NCBI GenBank assembly: GCA_030448245.1
Contig: JAUJNH010000008.1
Location: forward strand, 53,588 to 117,587
Length of the DNA stretch: 64,000 nucleotides
Reading direction: 5' to 3'
Source of the DNA: Acidimicrobiales bacterium
Lineage (GTDB): Bacteria > Actinomycetota > Acidimicrobiia > Acidimicrobiales > JAUJNH01
Numbering within the stretch: the stretch's first letter is position 1; every line of letters starts with the position of its first letter. The notes under the pieces were generated by a model. It worked only from the letters and a program-made list of their open reading frames with translations, was not told the DNA's origin and did not search any database. The translations under genes and the position numbers were made by a program. Below, one piece after another: positions 10,313 through 20,426 of this stretch.

Positions 10313-11233
10313 TCACTGGATCCCGGCGCTGTGGCCGTCGCGACGCCATCCACGGACCGTGCGGCTGATGGGGCTCAGCCCGAGGCGGGCGTAGTAGCGG
10401 GTGGTGCGCTCGATGTGCCCGTCCTCGATGCCGTAGGCCAGCAGGCGGGAGAGGCCGCCCAGCCTCAACCACGCCGCACTGTGCGCGAAGAGCCACGTGC
10501 CGATGCCCTGTCCCCGTAGATCCTCGCGAACCCAGGTGGTCGCACTCATCGGCCCAACCCGAGAGGGCCAGGTTCGTCCCGCCTCGCGTGAGGTCTGCGT
10601 CCACCTCGTGGGTCCCGACGACCTCACCGTCCAGAACGGCGTTGAACGCGGTTCCCAGGGACCGACCTGGCGCACGAGTCCGAGGCCGACCACCGGCGGT
10701 GCACCCGGCGGCGGGACCACCTCGAGCGAGCCGGCGTAGACCACCTCGACCTGCCCTCCGTCGGCATCGAAGCCGGCCTCTTGGTAGAGGAGCTGCACGT
10801 GGGGCCACGAGTCGGCCACGCCGAAGCAGCCGGGAGCCGGCAGGGTCCCGTCGGCGTGCCAGACGTGACAGCCCCAGCCTGCCAGGTGGGACAGAGCGGC
10901 ATCCCGGACGGCTCGGCCGGCTTCGAGGTCATTGGGCCAGAAGACCAGCCAGACGATCTCGCCGGAGCTCCGGTAGCCATCGCTGACGCGATCGTCGTCG
11001 CCGTAGCGCCGCAGGTGGGCGGGGGCGACGATCCGGTCCCGCTCGACGCCCACGAACGTGGTCAGCTCGACCACCCAGGGCCCGACGACGTACTCGCCGA
11101 GCGGGTGCTCCAGCTGGCTCAAGAGCGTGGCCGACGGCACCGAAGCTCCGGGCACCGCCGTAGCGACGTGGGCGTTCACGAGCCGGGTCAGCTGCTCTCG
11201 ATCACGACGGGCGAACGAACGGACCTCGACCAT
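10313..11233 (-). CDS. GNAT family N-acetyltransferase (two compensating frameshifts ~10535 and ~10660)
   Basis: MVEVRSFARRDREQLTRLVNAH; C-terminal VREDLRGQGIGTWL..RYYARLG; the middle segment reads sensibly only in the alternate frame. Confidence 0.8.
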   Translation of the reverse strand: MVEVRSFARRDREQLTRLVNAHVATAVPGASVPSATLLSQLEHPLGEYVVGPWVVELTTFVGVERDRIVAPAHLRRYGDDDRVSDGYRSSGEIVWLVFWPNDLEAGRAVRDAALSHLAGWGCHVWHADGTLPAPGCFGVADSWPHVQLLYQEAGFDADGGQVEVVYAGSLEVVPPPGAPPVVGLGLVRQVGPWEPRSTPFWTVRSSGPTRWTQTSREAGRTWPSRVGPMSATTWVREDLRGQGIGTWLFAHSAAWLRLGGLSRLLAYGIEDGHIERTTRYYARLGLSPISRTVRGWRRDGHSAGIQ

Positions 11234-11352
11234 GGTGGGCCTCCTTGTTGTGACGCGCCACGGCGCGCCGAATGGGCAAGCAAGGAAGCCGCTACCGGTG
11301 CGGCACGCCGAGGAGCATACAAGGCACCGCCAGGACCGAGCCCGGCGTCCGG

Positions 11353-11780
11353 TCAGGGCTGGTCGTCGGGGAAGAAGACCCGGCCGCCGAAGCGGGCCAC
11401 CAGGTCGTCGTCGTAGGCGTCGGAGATGCTGCCGATGCACTCGCACGCGTTCTGCAGCTCGCGGGGTCGAGGTCCTGCGCCAGGAGCTCGGTGGAGACGA
11501 CCACATCTCCGTCGTCGAAGTACACCCGGCCGTAGTGGATGCCGCGGTTGACCTCGTTGAGGTGGCGGTAGAGGGCGTCCGAGTCGGGGACGTCCCGGGC
11601 CATGAACGACCACACCTTGACCTGCGCCTCGCCGTCGATCTCGAACAGCGAGACCCAATACATCGTCGAGCCCTTGCGGATCGGCACGTCGCCGTCGTGG
11701 TCGACCACGAGGGTCTCGGTCTCGCAGAACTCCTTCAGGAGCTGCTCGACGTAGGGGCGGACGGTATCGGCGGTCGCCAT
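11353..11780 (-). CDS. YbjN/T3SS-chaperone-like (TY-Chap) protein (frameshift ~11462)
   Basis: VDHDGDVPIRKGS..LYRHLNEVNRGIHYGRVYF..(fs)ELQNACECIGSISDAYDDDLVARFGG. Confidence 0.75.
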
Positions 11781-11829
11781 GGCCTGAGCGTGGCACAGCG
11801 CGTGTGCCGGAGGCCGCCCGGCTGCGGGC

Positions 11830-12204
11830 TCAGCCTGACGAGGCCTCGAACAGCTCGACGACGTTGCCGGAAGGATCCTCCACCAGCGCCTGGCGCCCGC
11901 CCCTGCCCTCGGTGATCCCCGTGCGGAAGGCGCAGCCGCCCGACTCGAGGCCGGCGACGGTGGCATCGAGGTCGGCGATCTCGAGCTGGAAGCGGCACCA
12001 GCCTCCGGGCTCCGGCACCCGGCCGTCGATGCCCGCCTGCCCGGCGCCGCCGGCGCCCGCACTGTTGAGCAGGAGGCGCAGGTCGCCCCGGGACAGCATG
12101 GCGAAGCCGGGTCCCGGCTGGCGGTCGATGTGGAAGCCGAGGTGATCGGCGTAGAAGCGGGCTGCCGCCCCCACGTCGTGGACGATGTACCGGACTGCCG
12201 TCAT
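11830..12204 (-). CDS. VOC/glyoxalase family protein
   Basis: MTAVRYIVHDVGAAARFYADHLGF...LVEDPSGNVVELFE. Confidence 0.9.
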   Translation of the reverse strand: MTAVRYIVHDVGAAARFYADHLGFHIDRQPGPGFAMLSRGDLRLLLNSAGAGGAGQAGIDGRVPEPGGWCRFQLEIADLDATVAGLESGGCAFRTGITEGRGGRQALVEDPSGNVVELFEASSG

Positions 12205-12215
12205 CGGGGCTCCTC

Positions 12216-12240
12216 TGCAACGCTGGTGGAGCGCTACACT
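12216..12240. promoter_or_regulatory. Probable TetR operator overlapping the leaderless -10 of tetR
   Basis: Imperfect inverted repeat TGCAACGCT-N5-AGCGCTACA overlapping TACACT (12235-12240), between divergent VOC and TetR genes. Confidence 0.55.
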
Positions 12241-12246
12241 ACACAT

Positions 12247-12798
12247 GTGTCGCAGATCGATGCTCGGGTCGAGCGTTCCCATCGGGTGGTCCGGGACGCC
12301 GCGGTGGCCGAGCTGGCCTCTGCCGGGTGGGGAGGTCTCACCATCGAGGCGGTGGCCGCCCGTGCCGGGGTGGCCCGCAGCACCGTGTACCGGCACTGGC
12401 CCGACAAGCTCTCCCTGGTGGTCGACGCCCTCGAGCACCAGTCCGTCCAGCCGCTCCCCGAAGCAAGCCTCCCGGGGCGGCCACGGGTGGTGGCGCTGGT
12501 GCGTCACCTGGCCGAGGCGATGGCCGATCGCGACCGCTCGCCCGTCGTGTCCGCGCTGATCGGGGCCGCCGAGCGGGAGCCCGGGCTGCGCCGGCTGCAC
12601 CGGAGCTTCAACGACCGCCGGCGGCAGGCCCTCACCAACGCCCTCGCCGAAGCGGGCGTCGCCAACCCCGAGATGACTGCGCTCGCCCTGGCCGGCGCAG
12701 TGGTGTACTCCCGGGTCATGGGGCGCAGGCCACTCGACCCCGAGCGGGCCGAGGAGCTGGTGGAGGCGGTGCTGGGACCGGAACCCGCCTCGTCCTGA
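12247..12798 (+). CDS. TetR/AcrR family regulator
   Basis: LTIEAVAARAGVARSTVYRHWPDK helix-turn-helix. Confidence 0.93.
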   Translation: MSQIDARVERSHRVVRDAAVAELASAGWGGLTIEAVAARAGVARSTVYRHWPDKLSLVVDALEHQSVQPLPEASLPGRPRVVALVRHLAEAMADRDRSPVVSALIGAAEREPGLRRLHRSFNDRRRQALTNALAEAGVANPEMTALALAGAVVYSRVMGRRPLDPERAEELVEAVLGPEPASS

Positions 12799-12823
12799 CG
12801 GGCCCCGGCGACGACGGTCGCCT

Positions 12824-15800
12824 CTAGCGGAAGTCGCGAGAGCCGGGGCCGGCGACCCGCAGGTCGAGCTGCTCCAGCTTCTCGGCCACGATGTTGACCA
12901 CCGTCTCCTTGCGCTCGAGCCGGCCCTGCACCACCAGCGCCGCCGCCCCCGTGCCACCGGGCGGAAGGCGGCCCAGCAGCCCGGTGAGACGATCACGTTG
13001 AGCAGCCCGGTCTCGTCCTCGAGGCCGAAGAACGTGGTGCCCTCGGCCGTGGCCGGGCGCTGGCGGTGGGTGACGATCCCCGCCACCAGCACCCGGCTGC
13101 CGTCAGGAAGGCGGACCTGGTCCTCGAGGTCGCGGGCGGTGAGCACCCCCCAGGCGTCGAGCTGCTCGCGCACGAACCGGGTGGGCGAGCCGGCCGAGAC
13201 GCCGGTGGCCCACAGGTCGAAGGCCTCCTCCTCGATCGGAACCAGGCCGGGCAGCTGGGGCGCCTCGCCGCCGGTGACGATGCCGGCCAGCCGGTCGGGG
13301 CGGGACTGGCTCACCGCCCCCGCCGCCCACAGCGCCCGGCGCCGGCTGAGCGAGAACGATTCGGTGAAAGCGCCGGCGGTGGCCAGCGCCTCGAGGTTGG
13401 CCAGGGTGAGCGCCGGGTTGCGGCGGGCCACGTCCTCCAGGTCGCGGTAGGGGCGGCCGGCGGCCAGCGCCTGGGCCCGGTCCTCACCCAGCGTGCGCAC
13501 CTCCTGGAGGCCCCGGCGCGCACCTCCCTCGCCGTCGATCGAGGCCAGAGCCCGGCTGGCGTTGACGTCGGGGCCCTTCACCTCCACGCCGTGGCGGCGG
13601 GCGTCGGCGCAGATGGTCTGGGGCGACCAGAACCCCATCGGCTGGGCGTTCAGCAGGGCGGCGCAGAACGCGGCCGGGTGGTGCAGCTTCACCCACGACG
13701 AGGCGTAGACCAGGTAGGCGAACGACACCGAGTGGCTCTCCGGGAAGCCGTAGCTGGAAAAGGCGGCCAGCTTCTGCCACAGCACGTCGACGACGTCGGG
13801 GATGCCCCGCTCGCCGGCGCCGGCCGAGAACCGGGCGTGCATCTGCTCCATCCGCTCCCGGGACCGCTTGGAGCCCATGGCTTGGCGCAGCTGGTCGGCC
13901 TCGGCCGGGGTGAAGCCGGCGCAGTCGATGGCCAGCTGCATCAGCTGCTCCTGGAACAGGGGCACGCCGAGGGTCTTCTCGAGCGCCGGCTTCATCAGCG
14001 GGTGGAGGTAGGTGACCTCCTCCTCGCCGTTGCGGCGGCGGATGTAGGGGTGGACCGAGCCGCCCTGGATGGGGCCGGGCCGGATGAGCGCCACCTCGAC
14101 CACCAGGTCGTAGAAGCAGCGGGGCTTGAGCCGGGGCAGGGTGGCCATCTGGGCCCGCGACTCGACCTGGAACACCCCCACCGAGTCGGCCCGGCTCAGC
14201 ATCTCGTAGACGGCCGGATCCTGGGGGATGGTGGCCAGGTCGACCTCGACGCCGGTGGACTCGCGGATCAGGTCGACGGCGTGGTGCAGCATCGACAGCA
14301 TCCCGAGGCCGAGCAGGTCGAACTTCACCAGGCCGGCGGCGGCGCAGTCGTCCTTGTCCCACTGCAGCACGGTGCGGCCCTCCATGCGCCCCCACTCGAC
14401 CGGGCACACCTCGACCACCGGGCGGTCGCAGATCACCATGCCCCCCGAGTGGATGCCGAGGTGGCGGGGGAAGTCCTCGACCTCGCGGGCCAGCTCGATC
14501 ACCGCCGGCGGGATGTCGTGGCCGCCGGCCTCGACCGTCTTGCCCAGCCGGCCCCACGGGTCGACCTGCTTCGACCAGGCGTCGACCTGGCCCTGGCTGG
14601 CGCCCAGCGCCTTGCCCATGTCGCGCACGGCCGACCGGGCCCGGTAGGTGATGACGTTGGCCACCTGCGCCGCCTTCTCCCGGCCGTAGCGCGCGTAGAC
14701 GTGCTGGATGGCCTCCTCCCGGCGCTGGGACTCGATGTCGATGTCGATGTCGGGCGGCCCGTCGCGCTCGGGCGACAAGAAGCGCTCGAAGAGCAGGCCG
14801 AGGCTGACGGCGTCGGCCTTGGTGATGCCGAGGGCGAAGCACACCGCCGAGTTGGCCGCCGACCCCCGCCCCTGGCAGTAGATGTCGTGGCGCCGGCAGA
14901 ACTCGACGATGTCGTGGACGACGAGGAAGTACCCGGGGAACCCCAGCTGCTCGATGACATCGAGCTCGTGGTCTATCTGGAGCCATGCTCGTCTGTTCAG
15001 CTGCCCGCCGTCCTGGCGGGCAGCCGAACGCTCTGGCGCCGCCCCGCCAGTGGTGCGAACGAGGCGGCCATCCTGGCCGCGCCCACCAGGTGGCCGCCCG
15101 CCGTCCTGGCGGGCAGCCGAACGCTCTGGCGCCGCCCCGCCAGTGGTGCGAACGAGGCGGCCATCCTGGCCGCGCCCACCAGGTGGCCGCCCGCCGTCCT
15201 GGCGGGCAGCCGAACGCTCTGGCGCCACCCCGCCAGTGGTGCGAGCCTGGCCGTGCCCACCAAGTGGCCGCCCGCCGTCGTGACCGCGGACCGGCACCGT
15301 TGGCGCGCGGCGTGGCACGTCGGCGGGGCGGGGGCCGTAGCGGAAGGTGGCGCCCTCCTCGGCCAGGTGGCGGAGCCAGGTCATCTCAGTGTGCCCGCAG
15401 GGCACCGGGCAGTCCGGGAGCTTGGGGGCCACCAGGCGCAGGTCGAAGGCCAGGCTGCGGCCGAGGGCGGCGGCCTGCTCGACTGCCCCGGGCCAGCGGG
15501 CGAAGCGGCGGGCCTGCTCGGCGCCGCTGCGCAGGCAGGCGGCCGAGGCCGGCGGCAGCCACCCGTCGACCTCGTCGAGGCTGCGCCGGGCCCGCACCGC
15601 AGCCAGGGCGGTGGCCAGCGGCCGGCGGGCCGGGGTGGCGTAGTGCACGTTGTTGGTGGCCACCACCGGCAGGCCGGCCTCGACGGCCAGGGCGGCCAGG
15701 GCGTCGTTGCGGGCCGAGTCGAGCGGGTCGCCGTGGTCCCACAGCTCGACGGCCACCCGGTCCCGGCCGAACAGGGCCACCAGCTGGTCGAGCCGGCGCC

Positions 15801-16464
15801 GGGCGGCGGCGGGACCGGAGGCCAGCAAGGCAGCGGGCACCGCCCCCTTGCGGCAGCCGGTGAGGACCTGGGCGTGCCCAGCGAGGTGGTCGGCCGCCTG
15901 CTCGAGGGCCAGCACCGGCCGACCCTTCTCCTCGCCCCGCAGGTGGGCCTCGGAGATGGTGCGGGCCAGGCGGGCGTAGCCCTCGGGCCCGGCGGCCAGG
16001 ACCAGGAGGTGGCTGCCCTCGGGGTCGGCCACCCCGTTCTGCGGGCGGGACAGCCCGATCGACAGCTCGGCCCCCACCACCAGCGGAACCCCCAGGGTGC
16101 GAGCCGCCTCGGATGCTCGCACCACCCCGTACAGGCCGTCGTGGTCGGTGGTGGCCAGTGCCTCGAGCCCCAGCCGGGCCGCCTCCTCGACCAGCTCCTC
16201 GGGGTGGCTGGCCCCGTCGAGGAACGAGAAGTTCGAGTGGCAGTGCAGCTCGGCGTAGGGAACGGTGCCGGCATCGGGCCGGGGCGTGAGGTGGCGGGGG
16301 GGCTCGTAGGCCAGCCGGTGCGGCGACCAGGCCGGGCTGTCGCCCCCGTCGCGCCCCGGCTCGCCGCGGCGGCTGCGCCCGTCGCTGCGCCGCTCCGGAG
16401 GCTGGTCGGACAGGGCGGCGTTGATCTCCTGCCAGCTGAGGTCGGGCCGCTGGTCCCATCCCAT
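12824..16464 (-). CDS. dnaE2: Error-prone DNA polymerase DnaE2 (ImuC); frameshift ~12950; internal repeat insertion
   Basis: MGWD start, YAELHCHSNFSFLDGAS PHP domain, QGRGSAANSAVC, PPDIDIDIE, RHLGIHSGG, GVFQVESRAQM, YGFPESH; C-terminal SRDFR* in the shifted frame ending at 12824. Confidence 0.96.
15003..15280. repeat. 93-bp tandem repeat (~3 copies), in frame within dnaE2
   Basis: Units start at 15003, 15096 and 15189; each encodes ~RTTGGAAPERSAARQDGGRPPGGRGQDGRLV. Confidence 0.92.
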
Positions 16465-16474
16465 GGGGCCGACC

Positions 16475-16495
16475 ACTGTAGCGAACACCTGTTCG
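16475..16495 (-). promoter_or_regulatory. LexA (SOS) box and -10 element of dnaE2
   Basis: CGAACACCTGTTCG (16482-16495) matches GAAC-N4-GTTC; TACAGT -10 at 16475-16480 on the minus strand. Confidence 0.9.
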
Positions 16496-16584
16496 ATGCA
16501 CCACCGGGTGGGCTGTCAGGAGCAGGTGTCGCTCAACGCTGCCCTTCTCGCGACAGAACCGGCGGTTCCGGCAGGATGGTGGGC

Positions 16585-16827
16585 ATGTGCCGCAGCATCC
16601 GACCGCTGCACCGAGCCGAGGTGGAGCCCACCGAGCTCGACGTGCGCGACGCCGCCGTCCAGTACGTCCGCAAGCTGTCGGGGATCCGCACCCCGTCAAA
16701 GGCGGACGCCCCGGCCTTCGAGGCCGCCGTCGAGGAGGTGACGGCGGCCACCACCCGCCTGCTCACCGCCCTCCGGCCCGCCCCACCCGTCCCGGGCAGG
16801 ATCCCCCTCCGCCACCTCCACCCCTGA
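16585..16827 (+). CDS. DUF2277 family protein
   Basis: MCRSIRPLH...VRDAAVQYVRKLSGIRTPSKADAPAFEAAVEEV. Confidence 0.88.
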   Translation: MCRSIRPLHRAEVEPTELDVRDAAVQYVRKLSGIRTPSKADAPAFEAAVEEVTAATTRLLTALRPAPPVPGRIPLRHLHP

Positions 16828-16857
16828 CGGACGGGCCTGACTGCGCGCCTGACGGGG

Positions 16858-17364
16858 CTAGCCGCCGCCGTCGAGCTCGGCCCGGGCTCGTGCCACGATC
16901 ACCGGGTCTTCAGCCCCGCGGCTAAAGGCTGCCAGGCGCCGCTCGATGTCCCGACCGAGGTACCAGCGGCCCAGCGGGTGGGTCAGCCACTGGAACCACT
17001 CGGGGCGGCAGTCGAACCGGTAGCGGAAGGTGACCTCGCAGCGCCCGTCGTCCTGATCCACGAAGGCCCACGAGCCGGAGAAGGTCCTGAACAGCGGCGG
17101 TCCCTCCACCATCCGCATGCCCATCAGCGTGGGTCGGCGGTAGGAGAGGTACTCGGAGATCATGATGAGGCCGTGCCGTGACCGGGTCCAGGTGCGGACG
17201 CCCGGTCCGGGCCGCTCGGCGTTGACCAGGTGCTGGCTTCTGACGAACGGGTCCCACTCGAGCCGGACGCCGTAGGACGAGGCCACGCAGAAGCAGTCGT
17301 CGGCCGAGGCGCGCACCACCACCTTTGACTGCACCACGCCCACGTTCTTCCGCTCCGCCACCAC
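16858..17364 (-). CDS. SRPBCC (polyketide cyclase/dehydrase-like) protein
   Basis: RLEWDPFVRS, MRMVEGPPLFRTFSGSWAF, VTFRYRF; TACAGT -10 at 17368-17373. Confidence 0.8.
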   Translation of the reverse strand: MVAERKNVGVVQSKVVVRASADDCFCVASSYGVRLEWDPFVRSQHLVNAERPGPGVRTWTRSRHGLIMISEYLSYRRPTLMGMRMVEGPPLFRTFSGSWAFVDQDDGRCEVTFRYRFDCRPEWFQWLTHPLGRWYLGRDIERRLAAFSRGAEDPVIVARARAELDGGG

Positions 17365-17407
17365 CCGACTGTAGGGAGAGCGGCCGAGATGCTGGCATCC
17401 TGCAACG

Positions 17408-17719
17408 ATGCCCGGCTGGCAGGTGGTCCTCCGCTCCGACGAGCTCGGCGTCATCCCCCGGCGGGTGGTGGTGGAGGGCCGGGAGATCGTGGTGTGGCGC
17501 CTGCCCGACGACGGGGTGGGCGCACTGGACGACCGGTGCGCCCACCAGGCCATGCGCCTCTCCATCGGCAACGCCCTGCCCGACGGCTGCCTGGTGTGCG
17601 TGGCCCACGGCTGGACCTACCGCCCGGACGGGTCCAACGCCCTCGTGCCCGGCGGCCCCCGGGTCCGCGCCCACCAGGCCCACGACGACGGCGTCGTCAT
17701 CCGCATCCGCCTCGGCTGA
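17408..17719 (+). CDS. Rieske (2Fe-2S) ferredoxin-like protein
   Basis: DRCAHQ...VCVAHGWTY (CxH...CxxH). Confidence 0.88.
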   Translation: MPGWQVVLRSDELGVIPRRVVVEGREIVVWRLPDDGVGALDDRCAHQAMRLSIGNALPDGCLVCVAHGWTYRPDGSNALVPGGPRVRAHQAHDDGVVIRIRLG

Positions 17720-17800
17720 CCGACAATCAGGTCGAGGCCTGTCCCGCCGATCAGGTCATGGCGCGCGCAGGGGTGTCGGCCGTCGAAAGGTGCGTGTGCC

Positions 17801-18257
17801 GTGAAGCGGGTGCTGCTCATGGGGGCCACGGCTCTCCTCCTGGGTGCGTGTGGCGGAGAGACGGAGCTGGTGTCCCCGACGGCGGCGCTCGTCCCGGCCG
17901 AGGACGCGGCTCCTCCCGAGGCTCCGACGGAACCGGTGCCGATGACCGCGGGATCCCGACGACGGTGACGACCGCCTCGACGATTGCGACGACGGTGCCG
18001 CCTCGGCCGGCCACGACGGCCGCGGCCGCGCCCAAGGTGAGCGTGACCACCCTGGCCCACCCGGCCCCCAAGGTGACGGCGACGTCGGCGGCACGCTGCC
18101 ACCCGTCGTACCAGGGGGCCTGTCTTCCGGCTGATGTGTCCGACGTGGACTGCGCAGGGGGCAGCGGCAACGGCCCGGCCTACACGGGCCGGGTGCAGGT
18201 GGTGGGGCCGGACGTCTTCGACCTCGACCGGGCGGCGACGGCGTCGGGTGTGAGTGA
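17801..18257 (+). CDS. Lipoprotein with Thr/Pro linker and Ca-binding excalibur-like C-terminus (frameshifts)
   Basis: VKRVLLMGATALLLGACGG lipobox; CHPSYQGACLP..DVDCAGGSGNGP..GPDVFDLDR(fs)GDGVGCE*. Confidence 0.7.
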
Positions 18258-18299
18258 ACCGGCAGCCTGAGAGCGCGAGGGAGCCCGTCCCACGCAGTC

Positions 18300-20426
18300 T
18301 CAGTCGTAGGTTGCTTCGAGCCACCAGGAGCCGGACTCACAGGCGAGGAGGAGGGCGGTGCCGCACCGGCCGGTGACCTGGAGGCGGGCCAGGCGGGTGG
18401 CGGCGACCGGGTCCCACCAGCGCTCCTCGATCGGCCACGGGCCGGCCCAGCCGGCCACCTCGAGGGTGCCGCCCGACCACGCCACCCGGACCGGGGCGGC
18501 GCTGGCCAGGCCCCGACCCGACACCGCGACCGGGGTGCCGGCGGCGTCGACCACCTCGGCCGGCTCGCGCTCGGCGGGCACCACGGCCGGCGGGGGCCCC
18601 GGGATCCGCCCGGGCCACGGTGGCACCTCGCCGGCGGCTGGCCCCATGCCCCGCTTCGGGCGGCGGGCAGGGCGCACGGCCTCCTCGGTGAGGTCGACGG
18701 CCGGGCCCAGCTCGATGGCCGAGCGCACGGCGTGGCCGCCCGGCTGGGCCGGCTCGCGCGGGTCGCCCCACGGGACGAGGGTGGCCCGCAGGCGCGGCTC
18801 CCGCCCGCCGGAGGGCACGGCGGTGACCACCGCGGCAGGGCCCAGCAGGCCCTGGACCCGGGCCAGCGCCCGGGCCGCCCGATCGTCGGCCTCGGCGTCG
18901 CCGCCCCAGAACCCCAGCTGGCGGCCACCGCCGGCCACCACCTCCTCGGGCACCAGGCGCAGCAGCGTGAGCCCACCCCCCTCGGCTCGACCGCCGACGT
19001 CACCCGGTGCCTCCCCGGCGCCGGGCTCCTCGCGCTGGCGGGCGGCCCCAGCCGATCGCTCCCCGCCCTGCTCGGCCGCTCGGGCCTCCGCCTCCGTGCG
19101 CTGCTGGGCCGCACGGGCCCCCACCGTCAGCCAGCCGTCCAGCTGCCAGCGCACCCGTTCGGCGGTGGCGCCCGGCGTGAAGCGGCCCTCGTGGCGCCAC
19201 AGCCGGCTGAGGCGCTCGCCGTCGGCGGTGCGGGCCTCGATGGTGAGCCGGGTGCAGGCCAGGCCCTGGCGCTCGAGCCGGTCGTGCAGGTCAACCGCCA
19301 GCGTGCGGGCGGCGAAGGCGGCGGTGTCGACGCGGTCGGCCGGTGGGTCGAGGACGACCTGGGCCACCAGGTCCGGCGGAGGGTCGCGGGCGTCGAGCGG
19401 CCGGTCGTCCAGCCCGTTGGCCCGGCGCCAGGCCAGCCCCCCGTCAGGGCCGAAGCGGGCCACGACATCGGCCTCGGGCAGGGCGGCCACCGCCCCCAGC
19501 GTGCGCAGCCCCAGCCGCACCAGCAGCGACGCCAGGTCGACCATGCCCCCGGCTGAACCCTCGGTGCCTGCGGGCGGGGCGGGATCGTCGGCCAGAGCGG
19601 AGACGGGCAGCCCGGCCAGGAAGGCAGGGGTCTCCCCCGGGGCCAGGACCAGCACGGGGGCGCCGCCCGCCGTGGCCCGGGCCGCCAGCGACGCGGCAAA
19701 GGTGCCGTCGGCCACCCCCGCCCCCACGTGGGCGGCCCCGGCCCCCAGCACCTCCTGGACCGCCGCCACCAGCCGGGCCGCAAGGGGCTCGTCGCCACCG
19801 AAGTAGCGGGACGGGCCGCGGGTGGCCAACGAGCACAGGCCGGGACGGGTCAGCTCGACGCGAGGGACGAACGCCTCGACCGCGGCGGCGACGGGCTCAA
19901 AGGCGCGGGCGTCCCGGGCCGGGTCGTGGGCCAGGACGACCAGACGGGGGCAGCGGGCCTCGGCATCGCGCCGGCGCATGCCCCGGTGCACGCCCTCGGC
20001 CCGGGCTGCCGGTGTGCACGCCACCGTGCGCCCGCCGTGGAGGACGACCGCCGGCTCGTCGGGCGGCACCTCGGCGGCCACCAGCGGCCAGTCGGCGCAC
20101 CACAGCGCCAGGGTCCGCACCGCCGTGGCCCAGGGGCGAACCTCGGAGGTGCGACCACTGCCGTCCGCCCGCGGTCTGCGGCCCAGCCCGTCCGGCCCCG
20201 ACTCCCGCTCCGCACGGTCGCCGTGGCCCATCCGCACACCAGGACCGCGCCCGACCTCCTGCGCGGCACGATCCGACTCCGGCTCCTGCTCTGCGTGGCT
20301 GCTCGACCCCAGCGATCCCCTCGCGGCGGAGCTCGCGTGGTCCAGTGACTCGTCGTCGGAGCTGGGCGACGCCGCGGCGCGTCCCACGTAGCCGGCCAGG
20401 GCGGCGGCCGCCGGAGCGTGGTCCAC
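18300..20426 (-). CDS. imuB: ImuB, inactive Y-family polymerase (conserved part starts ~20120)
   Basis: RTLALWCADWP, ARAEGVHRGMRRRDAEARCP, RGPSRYFGG, ERVRWQLDGWL, WAGPWPIEERWWD, WWLEATYD; GTG at 20426 overlaps the imuA stop. Confidence 0.9.
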   Translation of the reverse strand: MDHAPAAAALAGYVGRAAASPSSDDESLDHASSAARGSLGSSSHAEQEPESDRAAQEVGRGPGVRMGHGDRAERESGPDGLGRRPRADGSGRTSEVRPWATAVRTLALWCADWPLVAAEVPPDEPAVVLHGGRTVACTPAARAEGVHRGMRRRDAEARCPRLVVLAHDPARDARAFEPVAAAVEAFVPRVELTRPGLCSLATRGPSRYFGGDEPLAARLVAAVQEVLGAGAAHVGAGVADGTFAASLAARATAGGAPVLVLAPGETPAFLAGLPVSALADDPAPPAGTEGSAGGMVDLASLLVRLGLRTLGAVAALPEADVVARFGPDGGLAWRRANGLDDRPLDARDPPPDLVAQVVLDPPADRVDTAAFAARTLAVDLHDRLERQGLACTRLTIEARTADGERLSRLWRHEGRFTPGATAERVRWQLDGWLTVGARAAQQRTEAEARAAEQGGERSAGAARQREEPGAGEAPGDVGGRAEGGGLTLLRLVPEEVVAGGGRQLGFWGGDAEADDRAARALARVQGLLGPAAVVTAVPSGGREPRLRATLVPWGDPREPAQPGGHAVRSAIELGPAVDLTEEAVRPARRPKRGMGPAAGEVPPWPGRIPGPPPAVVPAEREPAEVVDAAGTPVAVSGRGLASAAPVRVAWSGGTLEVAGWAGPWPIEERWWDPVAATRLARLQVTGRCGTALLLACESGSWWLEATYD

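Noticed and set aside
15003-15280. Intein or CRISPR-like element in dnaE2
   Set aside because: No Cys/Ser start, His-Asn end or LAGLIDADG motifs; it is a direct tandem repeat without unique spacers
11830-16488. 1552-aa DnaE2-VOC fusion suggested by the ORF track
   Set aside because: Artefact of a frameshift near 12950; DnaE2 ends SRDFR* at 12824, and tetR lies on the opposite strand in between
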